A DNA stretch of 64,000 bases, taken from assembly GCA_963813025.1 (NCBI GenBank), contig CAWEXO010000008.1, forward strand, positions 64,001-128,000, read 5' to 3'. The notes beneath the pieces were generated by a model. That model was not told the DNA's origin, made no database searches, and worked only from the letters and a program-made list of their open reading frames with translations. The translations under genes were made by a program, and so were the position numbers. The DNA comes from an uncultured Verrucomicrobiae bacterium. Lineage in GTDB: Bacteria > Verrucomicrobiota > Verrucomicrobiia > Chthoniobacterales > JAFAMB01. Numbering within the stretch: the stretch's first letter is position 1; each line of letters begins with the position of its first letter. Positions 52,392-62,457 of this stretch are shown in pieces.

Positions 52392-53831
52392 CTAAAACTC
52401 GTCGGTCTGAGGCGCGGCCTCGCTAGAGGTGCTGACCGCGGCCCTGATTGCATCCTCCAGCAGCTGATCCTGCTCCGGGAAAATCGTGCGTAAGTCCAGT
52501 CGATAACAATCGTCCGCGATGTAACCAATGACCGGGGGAACAGCTTGGCGTAGCCGGGCCGCCAGCTCAGAAGCCGAGATCTCAGGGGAGCTGAGTTCCA
52601 GGGTCAAGGACTCGATCGTGCAGCGGGGCAACGTTCCTCCACCAACTTGAGCTTTGCTCATCCGGGATTTCGCGGAAATCGGCACGTCCCTCAGGCTGGC
52701 AATGATCGCGGCAGCACGTTCCGCCAAAGCGCCATTGGTCATCGCCAGCATCCTCTGGACCGGAATTTCCGGCAGAGCATTCCTCAGATACAGATCGACG
52801 GTGGCCTCGAGCGAGGCCAGGACCAGCTTATCGCACCGAAAAGCCCGGAAGAGCGGATCATGTTTCAGTGCTCTGATCTTTGCCGAACTCCCGGCAAGGA
52901 TACCTGCTTGCGGACCCCCAAAAAGTTTGTCACCGCTGAAACAAATCACATCGACTCCCTGCGCCAGCGCTTCGGCCGGTCTCCGCTCGTGATCGAGCCG
53001 TTGGCCATCCCCCAATACGGCGTCTGTATCAAAGACAGCGCCGCTGCCCAGATCTTCCACAAAGGGAATACCCGCCTCGCGGGCCACGGCAGCAATTTCC
53101 TCAGGAGCAGCGGAATGAGTAAAACCCTCGATATAAAAATTGCTCCGGTGCACTTTAAGAATCAAAGCCGTCCGTTGATTGATCGCCCTGGCGTAATCGC
53201 TCACATCGGTCTGATTCGTTGTGCCGACCTCATGCAAATTGGCCCCGCTCGCCTCGAGAATCTCCGGTATCCGGAAGCCTCCTCCGATCTGCACGAGTTC
53301 GCCTCGCGACACAATGACTTCGTGGCGTTCGGCCGTCCGGGTGAAGTGCCGGACCAGCAGAACCAGAGCTGCGGCACAGTTGTTGACGATCGTCGTTGCT
53401 TCCGAGGCGATCAGCAGCGCCAGGGTCTGCTCAAGGTAGGGGGCGCGCGGCCCGCGCTCGCCCGTCACCAGATCATATTCCAGGGTAGTATAGTTCTGCG
53501 CGACACTGACCAGAGCCTTGGCGACCGCTGGACCAAGGGGAGCCCTCCCCAGGTTGGTGTGAATGATAATACCTGTTCCGTTGATGACCGGCTGGAGGCG
53601 TTCGCGCCGTAACTGCTCCACAGCATCCGCGAGCACTTTGAGGAGGTGCTCCTTATCCAGCCCCGCCTCTGCGGAATTCTTGCGATAGGCAGCGAGCTCT
53701 CGCCGGATCAGGGCGACAATCGCGGGGCGAGGTAGATCCTTTGCTACCGGCCCGAGAGCCTCGAGCAGGTAATTGACCGATGGAATCTTCCGGAGGTTGG
53801 CTGAACTCAACCGAAAAACATGCAGGGACAC
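52392..53831 (-). CDS. selA: L-seryl-tRNA(Sec) selenium transferase
   Basis: VINGTG..IHTNLGRA, VNNCAAA, SRGELV.IGGGFRIP, DLGSG and SGDKLFGGPQAG motifs. Confidence 0.96.
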   Translation of the reverse strand: MSLHVFRLSSANLRKIPSVNYLLEALGPVAKDLPRPAIVALIRRELAAYRKNSAEAGLDKEHLLKVLADAVEQLRRERLQPVINGTGIIIHTNLGRAPLGPAVAKALVSVAQNYTTLEYDLVTGERGPRAPYLEQTLALLIASEATTIVNNCAAALVLLVRHFTRTAERHEVIVSRGELVQIGGGFRIPEILEASGANLHEVGTTNQTDVSDYARAINQRTALILKVHRSNFYIEGFTHSAAPEEIAAVAREAGIPFVEDLGSGAVFDTDAVLGDGQRLDHERRPAEALAQGVDVICFSGDKLFGGPQAGILAGSSAKIRALKHDPLFRAFRCDKLVLASLEATVDLYLRNALPEIPVQRMLAMTNGALAERAAAIIASLRDVPISAKSRMSKAQVGGGTLPRCTIESLTLELSSPEISASELAARLRQAVPPVIGYIADDCYRLDLRTIFPEQDQLLEDAIRAAVSTSSEAAPQTDEF

Positions 53832-53904
53832 TTGGAAATGCGCAATGGGAACTACATAGCCTGCATCGCTCGCAAATCCCCCAAAAATTTGCGAGCGACA
53901 CAGG

Positions 53905-55596
53905 CTATGTAGTTCCTTGAATTTCCCTCGTCCCTAAATCGCCCGGACTGGTTGGCATGGTCGAAGGCCGGGTAACCACTTGCCGGCGATGTGCGAGCAG
54001 CTCCCGGTTTACCGAGAGCAAGATGCGAGTCTCGACTGGATTTGGCCCACTGTGCAGACTGCTCGCTTTTTCGATCACCGCGCGCTCGGCTTTGGTCATC
54101 CTCTCCTCCTGAAGCAGATGCTCAGTCCAGGAAGGCATCAACATCGTGATCCGGAACGTGTTTGGTCTCTCCAGGTCTTCGTTGAGATGCCAGCTGAAAG
54201 CGCCGTTCCGAAGATGAATGAGGCGAACCTCTCGGAGCACTTCCAACAACTCGGCTCCGCGAGTATGGTCAACGACAAACTCGTAATTGACCTGGACGGG
54301 ACCGTCGTGTGGGGCCGGCATATGGATCAGCTTGTGCGAGAAACCGGTCCGCGGAGCCGGAGCCAAATCAATCTGCTGGGCAACGTCCAATGAAAGCGGA
54401 ATGGCTAATAAGAGACTCAACGCCAGCAGAGCAGCCCCGGCGACTAAAGTCCATTTCGCGCCAATACCAGCAGCACCGGCACCCCAGACAATTCCACCAA
54501 GAGCCATTGCACCCTGAGACCCCATGATAACCGTCGCGCTCATTCGGCCACGAGCCCATTCCGGCATGGCGCGTTGACCAGCAACCCAGAGCTCCGAGGC
54601 GGAAAGAGTCCACCCGACCCCGGCCAGAGCCGCGACGACCATGAAGGCGGCTTGGGATCGGACAAAAGCCATCAGCAGCAATACGACCACGACCAGGGCG
54701 TTTGCGGTGATAGTCAACGCATTGGAAGACTCCCGGGAGCGGAGCAAGGGGACGACGAAGATCGCCCCGAAGACCGAACCAAATCCCATCGCGCTGAAAA
54801 GAAGTCCCGTGCCGGGTGCGCTCAGCTTCAGCTCCTTTAATCCCACCACCGGAATGAGCGCAGGAATGAGCGAGATAAAAAAAGCGAAAAGAACGTTTCG
54901 AGCGACAATAATCCGCATCGTTGGAGAATAGCGGACATAACGAATCGCCGAGGAAAACGACTCGACAAAATTCTCCAGGGGCAAAGTGCTCTGGGCGGTT
55001 TTTCGCTTCCACTGCAGAATCGCCAGGATCACCAACAGAAAACAAAGGGCATTCATGAAAAAGACGCCATCGACCGTGATCAGGGGAATGAGAAGGCCCC
55101 CAAGCGCCGGGCCAATGATCCCGGAGACGTTCAGCTGCAGTCCGCCAAGGGTAGCTGCCGAAGGAAGCTCGTCGTTCGTGACGATCTCCGGGGTGATAGC
55201 CGTCCAGGCCGGTGCATTAAAAGCAAAGCCCACGCCGATGAGAAAAACGCAGATCAAGATTATCCCCGGGCTCAGGAGATGGAACCAGCCAAAGATTCCC
55301 AGGAGACCGGCCGATGCGGCCAACCAGAAATTCATCACGACCAGCAGTTTCCGACGGTCGACCATGTCAGCGAACGCCCCAGCCGGCAAAGTCAGCAGAA
55401 AGAAAGGCAAAGATGCGACCGTTGACATAAATGAGAGGAAGAACGGCGAAGGGCTTAGTTTGGACATCGCCCAGGTCGCGGCGGCGTCGTGCGCGGCCAC
55501 GCAGGTGCCGGAAATCACACTGGCCAGCCAAAGCCGCCGATACACCGGATTGCGGAGAGCTCGAAAGGTTGAGGTATTGGAGGCGATCGCTTTCAT
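53905..55596 (-). CDS. MFS transporter (MFS_3/DUF894 type with soluble C-terminal domain)
   Basis: AD..DRRK motif A, PAW, 12 TM segments, C-terminal R.GA..W...SW.EHL.Q..R domain. Confidence 0.88.
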   Translation of the reverse strand: MKAIASNTSTFRALRNPVYRRLWLASVISGTCVAAHDAAATWAMSKLSPSPFFLSFMSTVASLPFFLLTLPAGAFADMVDRRKLLVVMNFWLAASAGLLGIFGWFHLLSPGIILICVFLIGVGFAFNAPAWTAITPEIVTNDELPSAATLGGLQLNVSGIIGPALGGLLIPLITVDGVFFMNALCFLLVILAILQWKRKTAQSTLPLENFVESFSSAIRYVRYSPTMRIIVARNVLFAFFISLIPALIPVVGLKELKLSAPGTGLLFSAMGFGSVFGAIFVVPLLRSRESSNALTITANALVVVVLLLMAFVRSQAAFMVVAALAGVGWTLSASELWVAGQRAMPEWARGRMSATVIMGSQGAMALGGIVWGAGAAGIGAKWTLVAGAALLALSLLLAIPLSLDVAQQIDLAPAPRTGFSHKLIHMPAPHDGPVQVNYEFVVDHTRGAELLEVLREVRLIHLRNGAFSWHLNEDLERPNTFRITMLMPSWTEHLLQEERMTKAERAVIEKASSLHSGPNPVETRILLSVNRELLAHRRQVVTRPSTMPTSPGDLGTREIQGTT

Positions 55597-55897
55597 GTAA
55601 GCAGATCCCAGCAGAGGAAGTCGCCGCGGGAATCAGCATTCGATCGGACGGCTGACTGTCTTCTCTGGAACAGGTCAGGCGGGAGGACGCCTTTTTGTAG
55701 CATCGCAAGTCTGGTTGTTTCAATCACATATCGATGGAGGCGTTGCATCGAACATTAATTCTCCGGGCGGAGTGTCAGTGCCAGTTTTTCGCCGGGGAAT
55801 TTCGCACATCGTGGTGCATGGTGTTATTACACAATCGGTCACCTTTCGCCGCCAGACTTGCGAATCTGGCAGGAAGGCGAAAGACTCTTCTACCTCT

Positions 55898-56581
55898 ATG
55901 CTTGCGCCCAAATCGCCTCCCTCCGCGGAGCCTCAACCGCCTTCGCCCTATGTGAGGAAGCTTTGTCCAAAAGTAATCCTCGAGGGCACTCGCCTGACGG
56001 GGAAAACGGATCTGGCCTTTGCTCTGAACGAGTCCCCTCGAATTGTCGGCGTACGCCGGTACCGTTATCATTCCCCCATCGTTTCCGCGGAATGGAACGG
56101 CCTGACGAATAGCCCGTGGGGAGCGAGTCTGATCAACTTCGAAATCGAGTACGAGAGTGTCGTGCTAGAGACCTATCGGACCTGGATGCGGCTTTTCGAG
56201 CTGTACCGCTATTATTCCTGGATCATCGATCGATTTCACATTTCGACCCAGGCCTGGCAAATGATCTATAAAAAACGGACCTACGATTTCACCTGGTTGG
56301 AACGCCGGCTCAGCCTTCTCGATTTCCGCTTGATTTTCTGTTGGCGCAGCCCCGAATCGTTTGAGGAGGCGCGTCGCCGAAGACTCAAAGTCTCCAGTAA
56401 TCCAGAGCAGTACCACGACCTGAGCATCTTTCTCCGCGAACAAGAAGTTGTGCAGGAATTCTTTGACCGCTCTTTGTTGCCGAAGCTGGTGGTAGATGTC
56501 ACGGACGGCAAGCTGGAGCGTTCGGTAAAGCAGATTTCCGATTGGCTCGAGGCCACTGGCGGGCTCACGGCGCCGAATTGA
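55898..56581 (+). CDS. Hypothetical P-loop kinase-like protein (thymidylate/nucleoside kinase fold)
   Basis: ILEGTRLTGKT Walker A-like and IIDRF motifs; start placed at ATG 55898. Confidence 0.55.
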   Translation: MLAPKSPPSAEPQPPSPYVRKLCPKVILEGTRLTGKTDLAFALNESPRIVGVRRYRYHSPIVSAEWNGLTNSPWGASLINFEIEYESVVLETYRTWMRLFELYRYYSWIIDRFHISTQAWQMIYKKRTYDFTWLERRLSLLDFRLIFCWRSPESFEEARRRRLKVSSNPEQYHDLSIFLREQEVVQEFFDRSLLPKLVVDVTDGKLERSVKQISDWLEATGGLTAPN

Positions 56582-56606
56582 GCGCCGAGAGCGTGCGCAT
56601 TCTGAC

Positions 56607-57512
56607 TCAAGGTTTTGGCTGGCGCGAGAATTTAGAAATTGTCTCGCAAGATGACTCTGGCCCTGCGCCGGTAGGGCACCCTACCCTCTTTACCTCTTCC
56701 CAGAGATGATCCAGTTCGCCCGTACCGAGGCTCGCGAGGCTCTGGCCGCGATCGTTCGCCAGAGCCTCCATAGCCGCAAATCGGCGAGCGAACTTGCTCG
56801 TAGCTCGGGCAAGGAGATCCTCGGCGTCGAGCTTGTTCTTACGGGCATAGTTGACCACCGCGAAAAGCAAGTCGCCCAGCTCCTCCGCTTTCATCTCGGC
56901 GGACGGCGCCTGCTCCAGCTCGGCCAATTCTTCCCGAATTTTTGGAAGGACAGCCTCAACCGATTCCCAATCGAAACCGACCCGCGCGGCTTTTGCTTGA
57001 ATCTTCTGGGCTCGCGCGAGCGCTGGCAAGGCCAGCGGGACACCATCCAAAGCAGATCTCCGCTCCTTTTTCTCGTCGCGTTTGATGTCATCCCACTGCC
57101 GCAATACAGCAGCGCTGTCCGGGAGACGGTTCTCTCCGAACACGTGTGGATGACGGCGGACTAGCTTTTCTGCGATGATCTCGGCAACGGCGTCGAAGTC
57201 GAAGCGATTCTCTTCTGCCGCAAACTGTGCATGAAGAACAACCTGCAGAAGCAAATCGCCAAGTTCTTCGCGGAGTTCACGGTCATCCCGGTTTTCGATC
57301 GCCTCAAGCACCTCGTAGCACTCTTCCAGGAGATGCGGTTTCAGACTCTCGTGAGTTTGCTCGCGGTCCCAGGGACACCCGTCCGGGCCTCTGAGCCAGA
57401 CCACGATTTGCCGGAGGCGATCAATCGGAGCGAGAGGAGAACTCAGAGCGTGACCTTTGGTGTTCTTGGACTCTCGACCTTGAACGTTGTTCGGCAGCGG
57501 CGGAACCTTCAA
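56607..57512 (-). CDS. mazG: Nucleoside triphosphate pyrophosphohydrolase MazG
   Basis: GCPWDREQT, EELGDLL (twice), KL.RRHPHVF and GFDW motifs. Confidence 0.96.
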   Translation of the reverse strand: MKVPPLPNNVQGRESKNTKGHALSSPLAPIDRLRQIVVWLRGPDGCPWDREQTHESLKPHLLEECYEVLEAIENRDDRELREELGDLLLQVVLHAQFAAEENRFDFDAVAEIIAEKLVRRHPHVFGENRLPDSAAVLRQWDDIKRDEKKERRSALDGVPLALPALARAQKIQAKAARVGFDWESVEAVLPKIREELAELEQAPSAEMKAEELGDLLFAVVNYARKNKLDAEDLLARATSKFARRFAAMEALANDRGQSLASLGTGELDHLWEEVKRVGCPTGAGPESSCETISKFSRQPKP

Positions 57513-58369
57513 GTCCCCCGTCCCCGGTCCTGCTGGAGCAGCTTTTCCCGGGCGCGCTCCAGCGTCGCTCTTTCCTGATGAGTGAGACTGGCGAGACCGT
57601 GGCGAGAGATCTTGTCGAGTACCTGATCGATTTCGGTCGCTTCGGCCGACTTCACCTCACTGGAGGGAGGCACTGGCCGGGGCCGAGGCCGAGGGACGAC
57701 GCGCAGCTTGGGACGTTGGGGACGCCGAAATAAATTAGGAATTTTTGGCAATTCGCCGCCGGTTTGCAGAAACCGAATGTAACCAAAAGCACTGCCGGAA
57801 ACGACCCACAGCGTGGTTAGCGGCGCCCATTGATGCTGCATCAGATACATCAAGGAGCCGAGAAGGACACTGCCCACGCCCAGCCATTTCAGAGGAATAA
57901 CTCCGAACCACTGGAGATGCGGATAAAGCGTGCAGAACGCGATGAAGAAGCCAGCCGCGACGAACGTGTTACCAAAAAATAGAAAGGGCGGTCCGAACAG
58001 AAACATCCACCCGGTGAGCGTGACAATCGGGAGAAACAGGACAAGGCCGTAAAGCGTCAGAAACCGGCCGGTTCCAATATACTTCTCGATCTCAACGGCC
58101 GCGATATAGATGAAGAGCAGCCCAAAAATCGAAAAGAAACTGATCTCGTTGAGAAAGGTACAGGTCAGAATCGTCCAGATCTGCCCACCAAAGATCGCTC
58201 GTTCCGGTGCAAAAATAAACGGCTCAAGCGGAACTCCCGCTGCTTGAAAGATCGCCGTTAAGACAACCCCCAACCCATAGAGTACGGTGAGAATCGTGGC
58301 GTAGTAAATCGGATACCCGCGAAAGTAAGATACCGGACGATCCTCATTAAAGCTGGAGATCAGAGCCAT
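57509..58369 (-). CDS. Rhomboid-like membrane protein with C-terminal DUF6576-type domain
   Basis: GQIW..LT and E...G...F motifs, TM segments, ID.VLDKIS.HG..SLT..E. Confidence 0.7.
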   Translation of the reverse strand: MALISSFNEDRPVSYFRGYPIYYATILTVLYGLGVVLTAIFQAAGVPLEPFIFAPERAIFGGQIWTILTCTFLNEISFFSIFGLLFIYIAAVEIEKYIGTGRFLTLYGLVLFLPIVTLTGWMFLFGPPFLFFGNTFVAAGFFIAFCTLYPHLQWFGVIPLKWLGVGSVLLGSLMYLMQHQWAPLTTLWVVSGSAFGYIRFLQTGGELPKIPNLFRRPQRPKLRVVPRPRPRPVPPSSEVKSAEATEIDQVLDKISRHGLASLTHQERATLERAREKLLQQDRGRGT

Positions 58370-58522
58370 ATACTCTCTAAATTCGCCCCGCGAACACTAC
58401 TATTGTAAAAGCATTCTCGTTCGGGATCAAGGAAACGGCTCAAAGGAACCGGTTTTTATTCGCGACCCGCCGTCCCCGGCGGGTTGCTTCGGTCCCATCA
58501 AGAAGTTAACCTGCCTCAGCTG

Positions 58523-61500
58523 ATGCCCGAATCAACTCTGGAAGCACCCACCGAAACGACGCGGTCGAGCCGCGGAAAACGCCTCGTCTCAAGCGCGCTG
58601 CGCCGCCTTAGGCGCCGCAGAAATGCGAAACGCGAGAGTCGCAATCTCCTTCCACTGCTTATCCAGGTGCTGGCCGGATTTTCGAAAATTGACGGTCGCA
58701 TCATGGAAGAGGAGATCGACTCGAGTCTCGGGTTTCTCCGCTACGATTATCCAGAGGCAGTCTATTCCGAGCTCCGCGCTCTCTTTCAGAAGGCGCTCAA
58801 CGAGCCGCAAGATCTGTCCGGCATGGCAAAAAGGCTCGCCCAGGAATTGAGCGCAGATCGGAAAATCATGCTTGGAGTTCAGCTCTATGACCTGATCTCC
58901 AAGGCGGGCATGCAGCAGGAACAAGTCATCGCTTACTACTCGTTCATGGCCCAGCTTGGGATGGCTGCTCAGGCGATTGACATCGTTTACCAGCTGAACG
59001 CCGCGGATTCGGCTGACCCCTCCGTTTACCAAAAAGGAACTTCGCCCCTTGAATCGATCGTTTTCGGTCACGCACCAACCGCCGATGTGATCGTCAAGGA
59101 ACTCGGCCACAGCGAGCGTCTGATGGCCTATCGGTACCAGGAGTTGGTGCTCCTGAAGAATCTCAGTCAACGCCCGATCGTCGTCCGGGGGCGGACGCTG
59201 GCGCCGGGCGAATTCTGCCGGATGTATCCCGGCCACCGGATCATCATGGGAGAACAAGCCATCAGTTACCAGGATCTCTTGTTCTACTTTAACGCGAAGA
59301 AGAACGTCTCGCTGCCCCACGTTTTCGTCTCAGTTACCCCGAACGATGAGGTGCAGCTTGAAAGATCGCGTACCCGAGACAGTTGTCTGGAAGTACAGTT
59401 TGGCCTGAAAGTACGCGTGGTCTCGCTCAAGCGAGTCGGGGCCTCATTGAATGGCGTGCCGCTGACGCCAGGAGTGGCAGTGGAAGCCAGTCTGGAAGAC
59501 CGAATCGTTTTTGAGAATTCCAATGAATTGCCTCTGAACGATCTCCGCCGGCGGACCCGGGCGATGGGTGGCCGGTTTCAACTCAAGGCATCCAAATCGG
59601 AATACCTGGTGTCCAATAATCCTTCGTTGCTGGAGGAGGACGATATCCTCCTGAGTCCGGGAACTACCGGCGAAGTATTGTTAAAGATTACCTGCGATTA
59701 CGATCGAAAAATCGGCACGCTGGAGGTCCTCCAATCCGATCGGCCGATGATGGTGGGCGAGACTGTGGTGCGCAACTCAGCCTCACTCGTCGACGGCGAC
59801 ATCATCCGGATCGATACCGGTCAGGTGCTCCGCTGCGATTTCACCGAGCGGATCATCGAAGAGGAACGCAATATCATCCGGCTCCTCGAGGTGCGGGATG
59901 CCACTATTGTTTTCAAGAACGGCGCCGTGGCCCTTGACGGAGTTTCTTTGTCAGTCAGTCGCGGCGAGATGGTCTGTGTCATCGGGGCAAGCGGTTCCGG
60001 GAAAAGCACGTTACTCAAGGCCATCTGCGGTCAGACACCGCCGACCAGCGGCACAGTGCTGCTCAACGGCCAATCGCTTTACGCGAACCCGGAATCGCTT
60101 AGGCCCTACATTTCATACATCCCCCAGGACGACGCATTCGATGAGCACCTGACGATTCTGGAAAACCTGCGTTATGCCGCGGCCATCCGCTCTCCTCACC
60201 TTTCGACCAAAGATCGGATGCGGCGTATTGACAGCAAGTTGATTGAACTCGGCCTTTCCGAGCGCCGGGACAGCCTGGTGGGAAGCTCGGTCAAAAAGTA
60301 CCTGAGCGGCGGGGAAAGGAAACGCCTGAACATCGGTCTGGATATGATCAGCTCGGCTGACGTCTTTCTCTTCGATGAACCGACATCAGGCCTTTCTTCC
60401 AAGGATTCGGAGCATGTCATCGAGATCATTCGCGGTCTCTCCCACAACAAGATTGTCGTGGTCACCATTCATACGCCGACATCAAAGATTTTTCAGATGT
60501 TCAACAAGGCTGCACTGCTTGACAAGGGGGGCCGGCTGGTCTTTTTCGGGACGCCTCAGGAGATGCTCCAATATTTCGCTACCGCCGAGCATCAGCAGCA
60601 CTTCGGGACGGAACTGGGCAGCTGCCCTTCGTGCGGGACGACGCGCCCCGAGTTTATCTTCGACGTTTTGGAGACGCCGCTGCGCGACCTGAGCGGAGAC
60701 ATCATTTACGAAGAGAGCTCCCGGGGACAGCTAGTGCCTGCCAGGCGTTACTCGCCGGACTACTGGAGAGACAAGTACGAGTCTTTCCGGTTAATCCAGG
60801 AAATGCGCCAGGTGTCGGTCAAGCAGCAACCGGCCAATCTTCCGCCGCTGCCCAAAAGCACGAAGAATCCAGCCCGCTGGCGCGACGAGTGGGTTCGTTT
60901 CAGTACGATCCTGACACGAGTTTTTATTAGCAAATTGCGCAACCGGGCGAATCTCTGGACGACAATCTTTGAGGCGCCTCTCCTCGGAGCACTCATCGCC
61001 TTCGTGCTGCGTTACGCTGAGCAAGAACACTATGACTTCGCCGCGGCTTTCCATATCCCCACCTACCTGTTTCTGGCCTTGGTCGTGGCGATGTTCCTGG
61101 GGCTGACCAACAGCGCCGATGATATCATTCGGGACCGGGTCGTACTGCAGCGGGAACGCAACCTCAATATCCATCTCCCGTACTACATTCTCTCAAAATT
61201 TGTCACCCTATCGCTCTTTGCGATCCTGCAGTGCGTCCTTTTTATCGCGATTGGGAATTCAATTCTGCAGATTCGGGGTATGTTCTGGCCCTATCTCTGG
61301 TTTATTGGATCCACCGCAACCAGCGGTGTTGCTGGCGGACTCCTTATCTCAGCCTTGGTGAACGACGCCAAGACCGCGGCTAATATTGTGCCGCTGGTGC
61401 TCATACCGCAGATAATTCTGGGCGGCGCGCTCATCAAGTACGAGGATATGAATCGCAATCTCGATTTTCTTTATGTGCTTAATCGCGATCAAGCGGCACG

Positions 61501-62092
61501 CACGCAGACCCATTCGATCGATCAAGGTAAACCGAGGGACGTCGATGTGCCGCTGCCTTGTCAATTCATCCCGATGCGCTGGTCCTATGAAGCATTGGTC
61601 GACGCTCAGGCTAAGCTCAATCCGTTCACCCGCCGGCAGGACATGCTCACTCGGGAAATTGAGCGATTGGCGCGAGCACCGCAATTGAGCGAAAACCAGG
61701 CAAACCGGCTGGATGACCTGAAAGAAACGCTGGCGATCCTTTCCGGACTGGGCGGCCGGAATACGGCGGAGGTTGATCGCCGTCTCCAGGAGATTGATCG
61801 AGTCGCTTCCGGAGCGCCTTTGGATGAGTCGAAGTTCGACCGCCGCAATAACAAGGTTAGCGCCGAACAGCTGTTCCAGAATCGAAAGATCAATGACATG
61901 CTGACGGATGCGCAGATGAAACAGCGCGACTACACAACCAAGCTGCATAATGTTTTTTTTGGTCCAGAAAAAAGACTTCTCGGAAGAACGTTCGATATTC
62001 TTGTATTTAACTCATTGATAATTAACGGATTTACCGTGGTATTCCTGGTGCTCCTACTGTTCAGCTTGGACCGACAGCTCAAACACGCATGA
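58523..62092 (+). CDS. Fused ABCG-type transporter (NBD + ABC2 membrane domain) with N-terminal TerB-like and degenerate FHA-like domains
   Basis: GASGSGKST, LSGGERKR, DEPTSGL and TIH motifs; RER and PQI..GG ABC2 motifs. Confidence 0.85.
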   Translation: MPESTLEAPTETTRSSRGKRLVSSALRRLRRRRNAKRESRNLLPLLIQVLAGFSKIDGRIMEEEIDSSLGFLRYDYPEAVYSELRALFQKALNEPQDLSGMAKRLAQELSADRKIMLGVQLYDLISKAGMQQEQVIAYYSFMAQLGMAAQAIDIVYQLNAADSADPSVYQKGTSPLESIVFGHAPTADVIVKELGHSERLMAYRYQELVLLKNLSQRPIVVRGRTLAPGEFCRMYPGHRIIMGEQAISYQDLLFYFNAKKNVSLPHVFVSVTPNDEVQLERSRTRDSCLEVQFGLKVRVVSLKRVGASLNGVPLTPGVAVEASLEDRIVFENSNELPLNDLRRRTRAMGGRFQLKASKSEYLVSNNPSLLEEDDILLSPGTTGEVLLKITCDYDRKIGTLEVLQSDRPMMVGETVVRNSASLVDGDIIRIDTGQVLRCDFTERIIEEERNIIRLLEVRDATIVFKNGAVALDGVSLSVSRGEMVCVIGASGSGKSTLLKAICGQTPPTSGTVLLNGQSLYANPESLRPYISYIPQDDAFDEHLTILENLRYAAAIRSPHLSTKDRMRRIDSKLIELGLSERRDSLVGSSVKKYLSGGERKRLNIGLDMISSADVFLFDEPTSGLSSKDSEHVIEIIRGLSHNKIVVVTIHTPTSKIFQMFNKAALLDKGGRLVFFGTPQEMLQYFATAEHQQHFGTELGSCPSCGTTRPEFIFDVLETPLRDLSGDIIYEESSRGQLVPARRYSPDYWRDKYESFRLIQEMRQVSVKQQPANLPPLPKSTKNPARWRDEWVRFSTILTRVFISKLRNRANLWTTIFEAPLLGALIAFVLRYAEQEHYDFAAAFHIPTYLFLALVVAMFLGLTNSADDIIRDRVVLQRERNLNIHLPYYILSKFVTLSLFAILQCVLFIAIGNSILQIRGMFWPYLWFIGSTATSGVAGGLLISALVNDAKTAANIVPLVLIPQIILGGALIKYEDMNRNLDFLYVLNRDQAARTQTHSIDQGKPRDVDVPLPCQFIPMRWSYEALVDAQAKLNPFTRRQDMLTREIERLARAPQLSENQANRLDDLKETLAILSGLGGRNTAEVDRRLQEIDRVASGAPLDESKFDRRNNKVSAEQLFQNRKINDMLTDAQMKQRDYTTKLHNVFFGPEKRLLGRTFDILVFNSLIINGFTVVFLVLLLFSLDRQLKHA

Positions 62093-62104
62093 GCGAGGGC
62101 TGGA

Positions 62105-62435
62105 GCGTAGCCTTGGGCTTGTCGGACTTTTGGAAGTCTGTAGCACGCCACTAAGCGATTGGGCGCCCGAACGCTTAGAGATCGTCTCAGAATGCCGCAC
62201 TGTCCTGCGCCGGTAGGGCGAAAATTTCTTCCAGCATTAGCGAGAACTTGTTTGAGCCGGACACTTGGGTGAGCCACCCGCTCCAGATGGCTCAAACAAG
62301 TTCTCGCTTGGCGCTCGAATAAATTTTCGCCCTACCGGCGCAGGACCAAAAACGCTTTGGGACTCTCGAACCTTAGCTCGATTGCGCACGCTACAGATTG
62401 CCAAAGTCGGACAGAACCGAAGCCGTGCGCGCTAC
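62105..62435. repeat. GTAG-type REP/REPIN cluster D, nested ~330-bp palindrome
   Basis: Inner GTCCTGCGCCGGTAGGGCGAAAATTT / AAATTTTCGCCCTACCGGCGCAGGAC; outer arms shared with 10854-10985. Confidence 0.9.
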
Positions 62436-62457
62436 ACCACGCCGCTCAGCCCGCTCA

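Noticed and set aside
52208..55900. tRNA-Sec (selC) near selA/selB
   Set aside because: No cloverleaf with a TCA anticodon loop recognised in the intergenic regions on either strand
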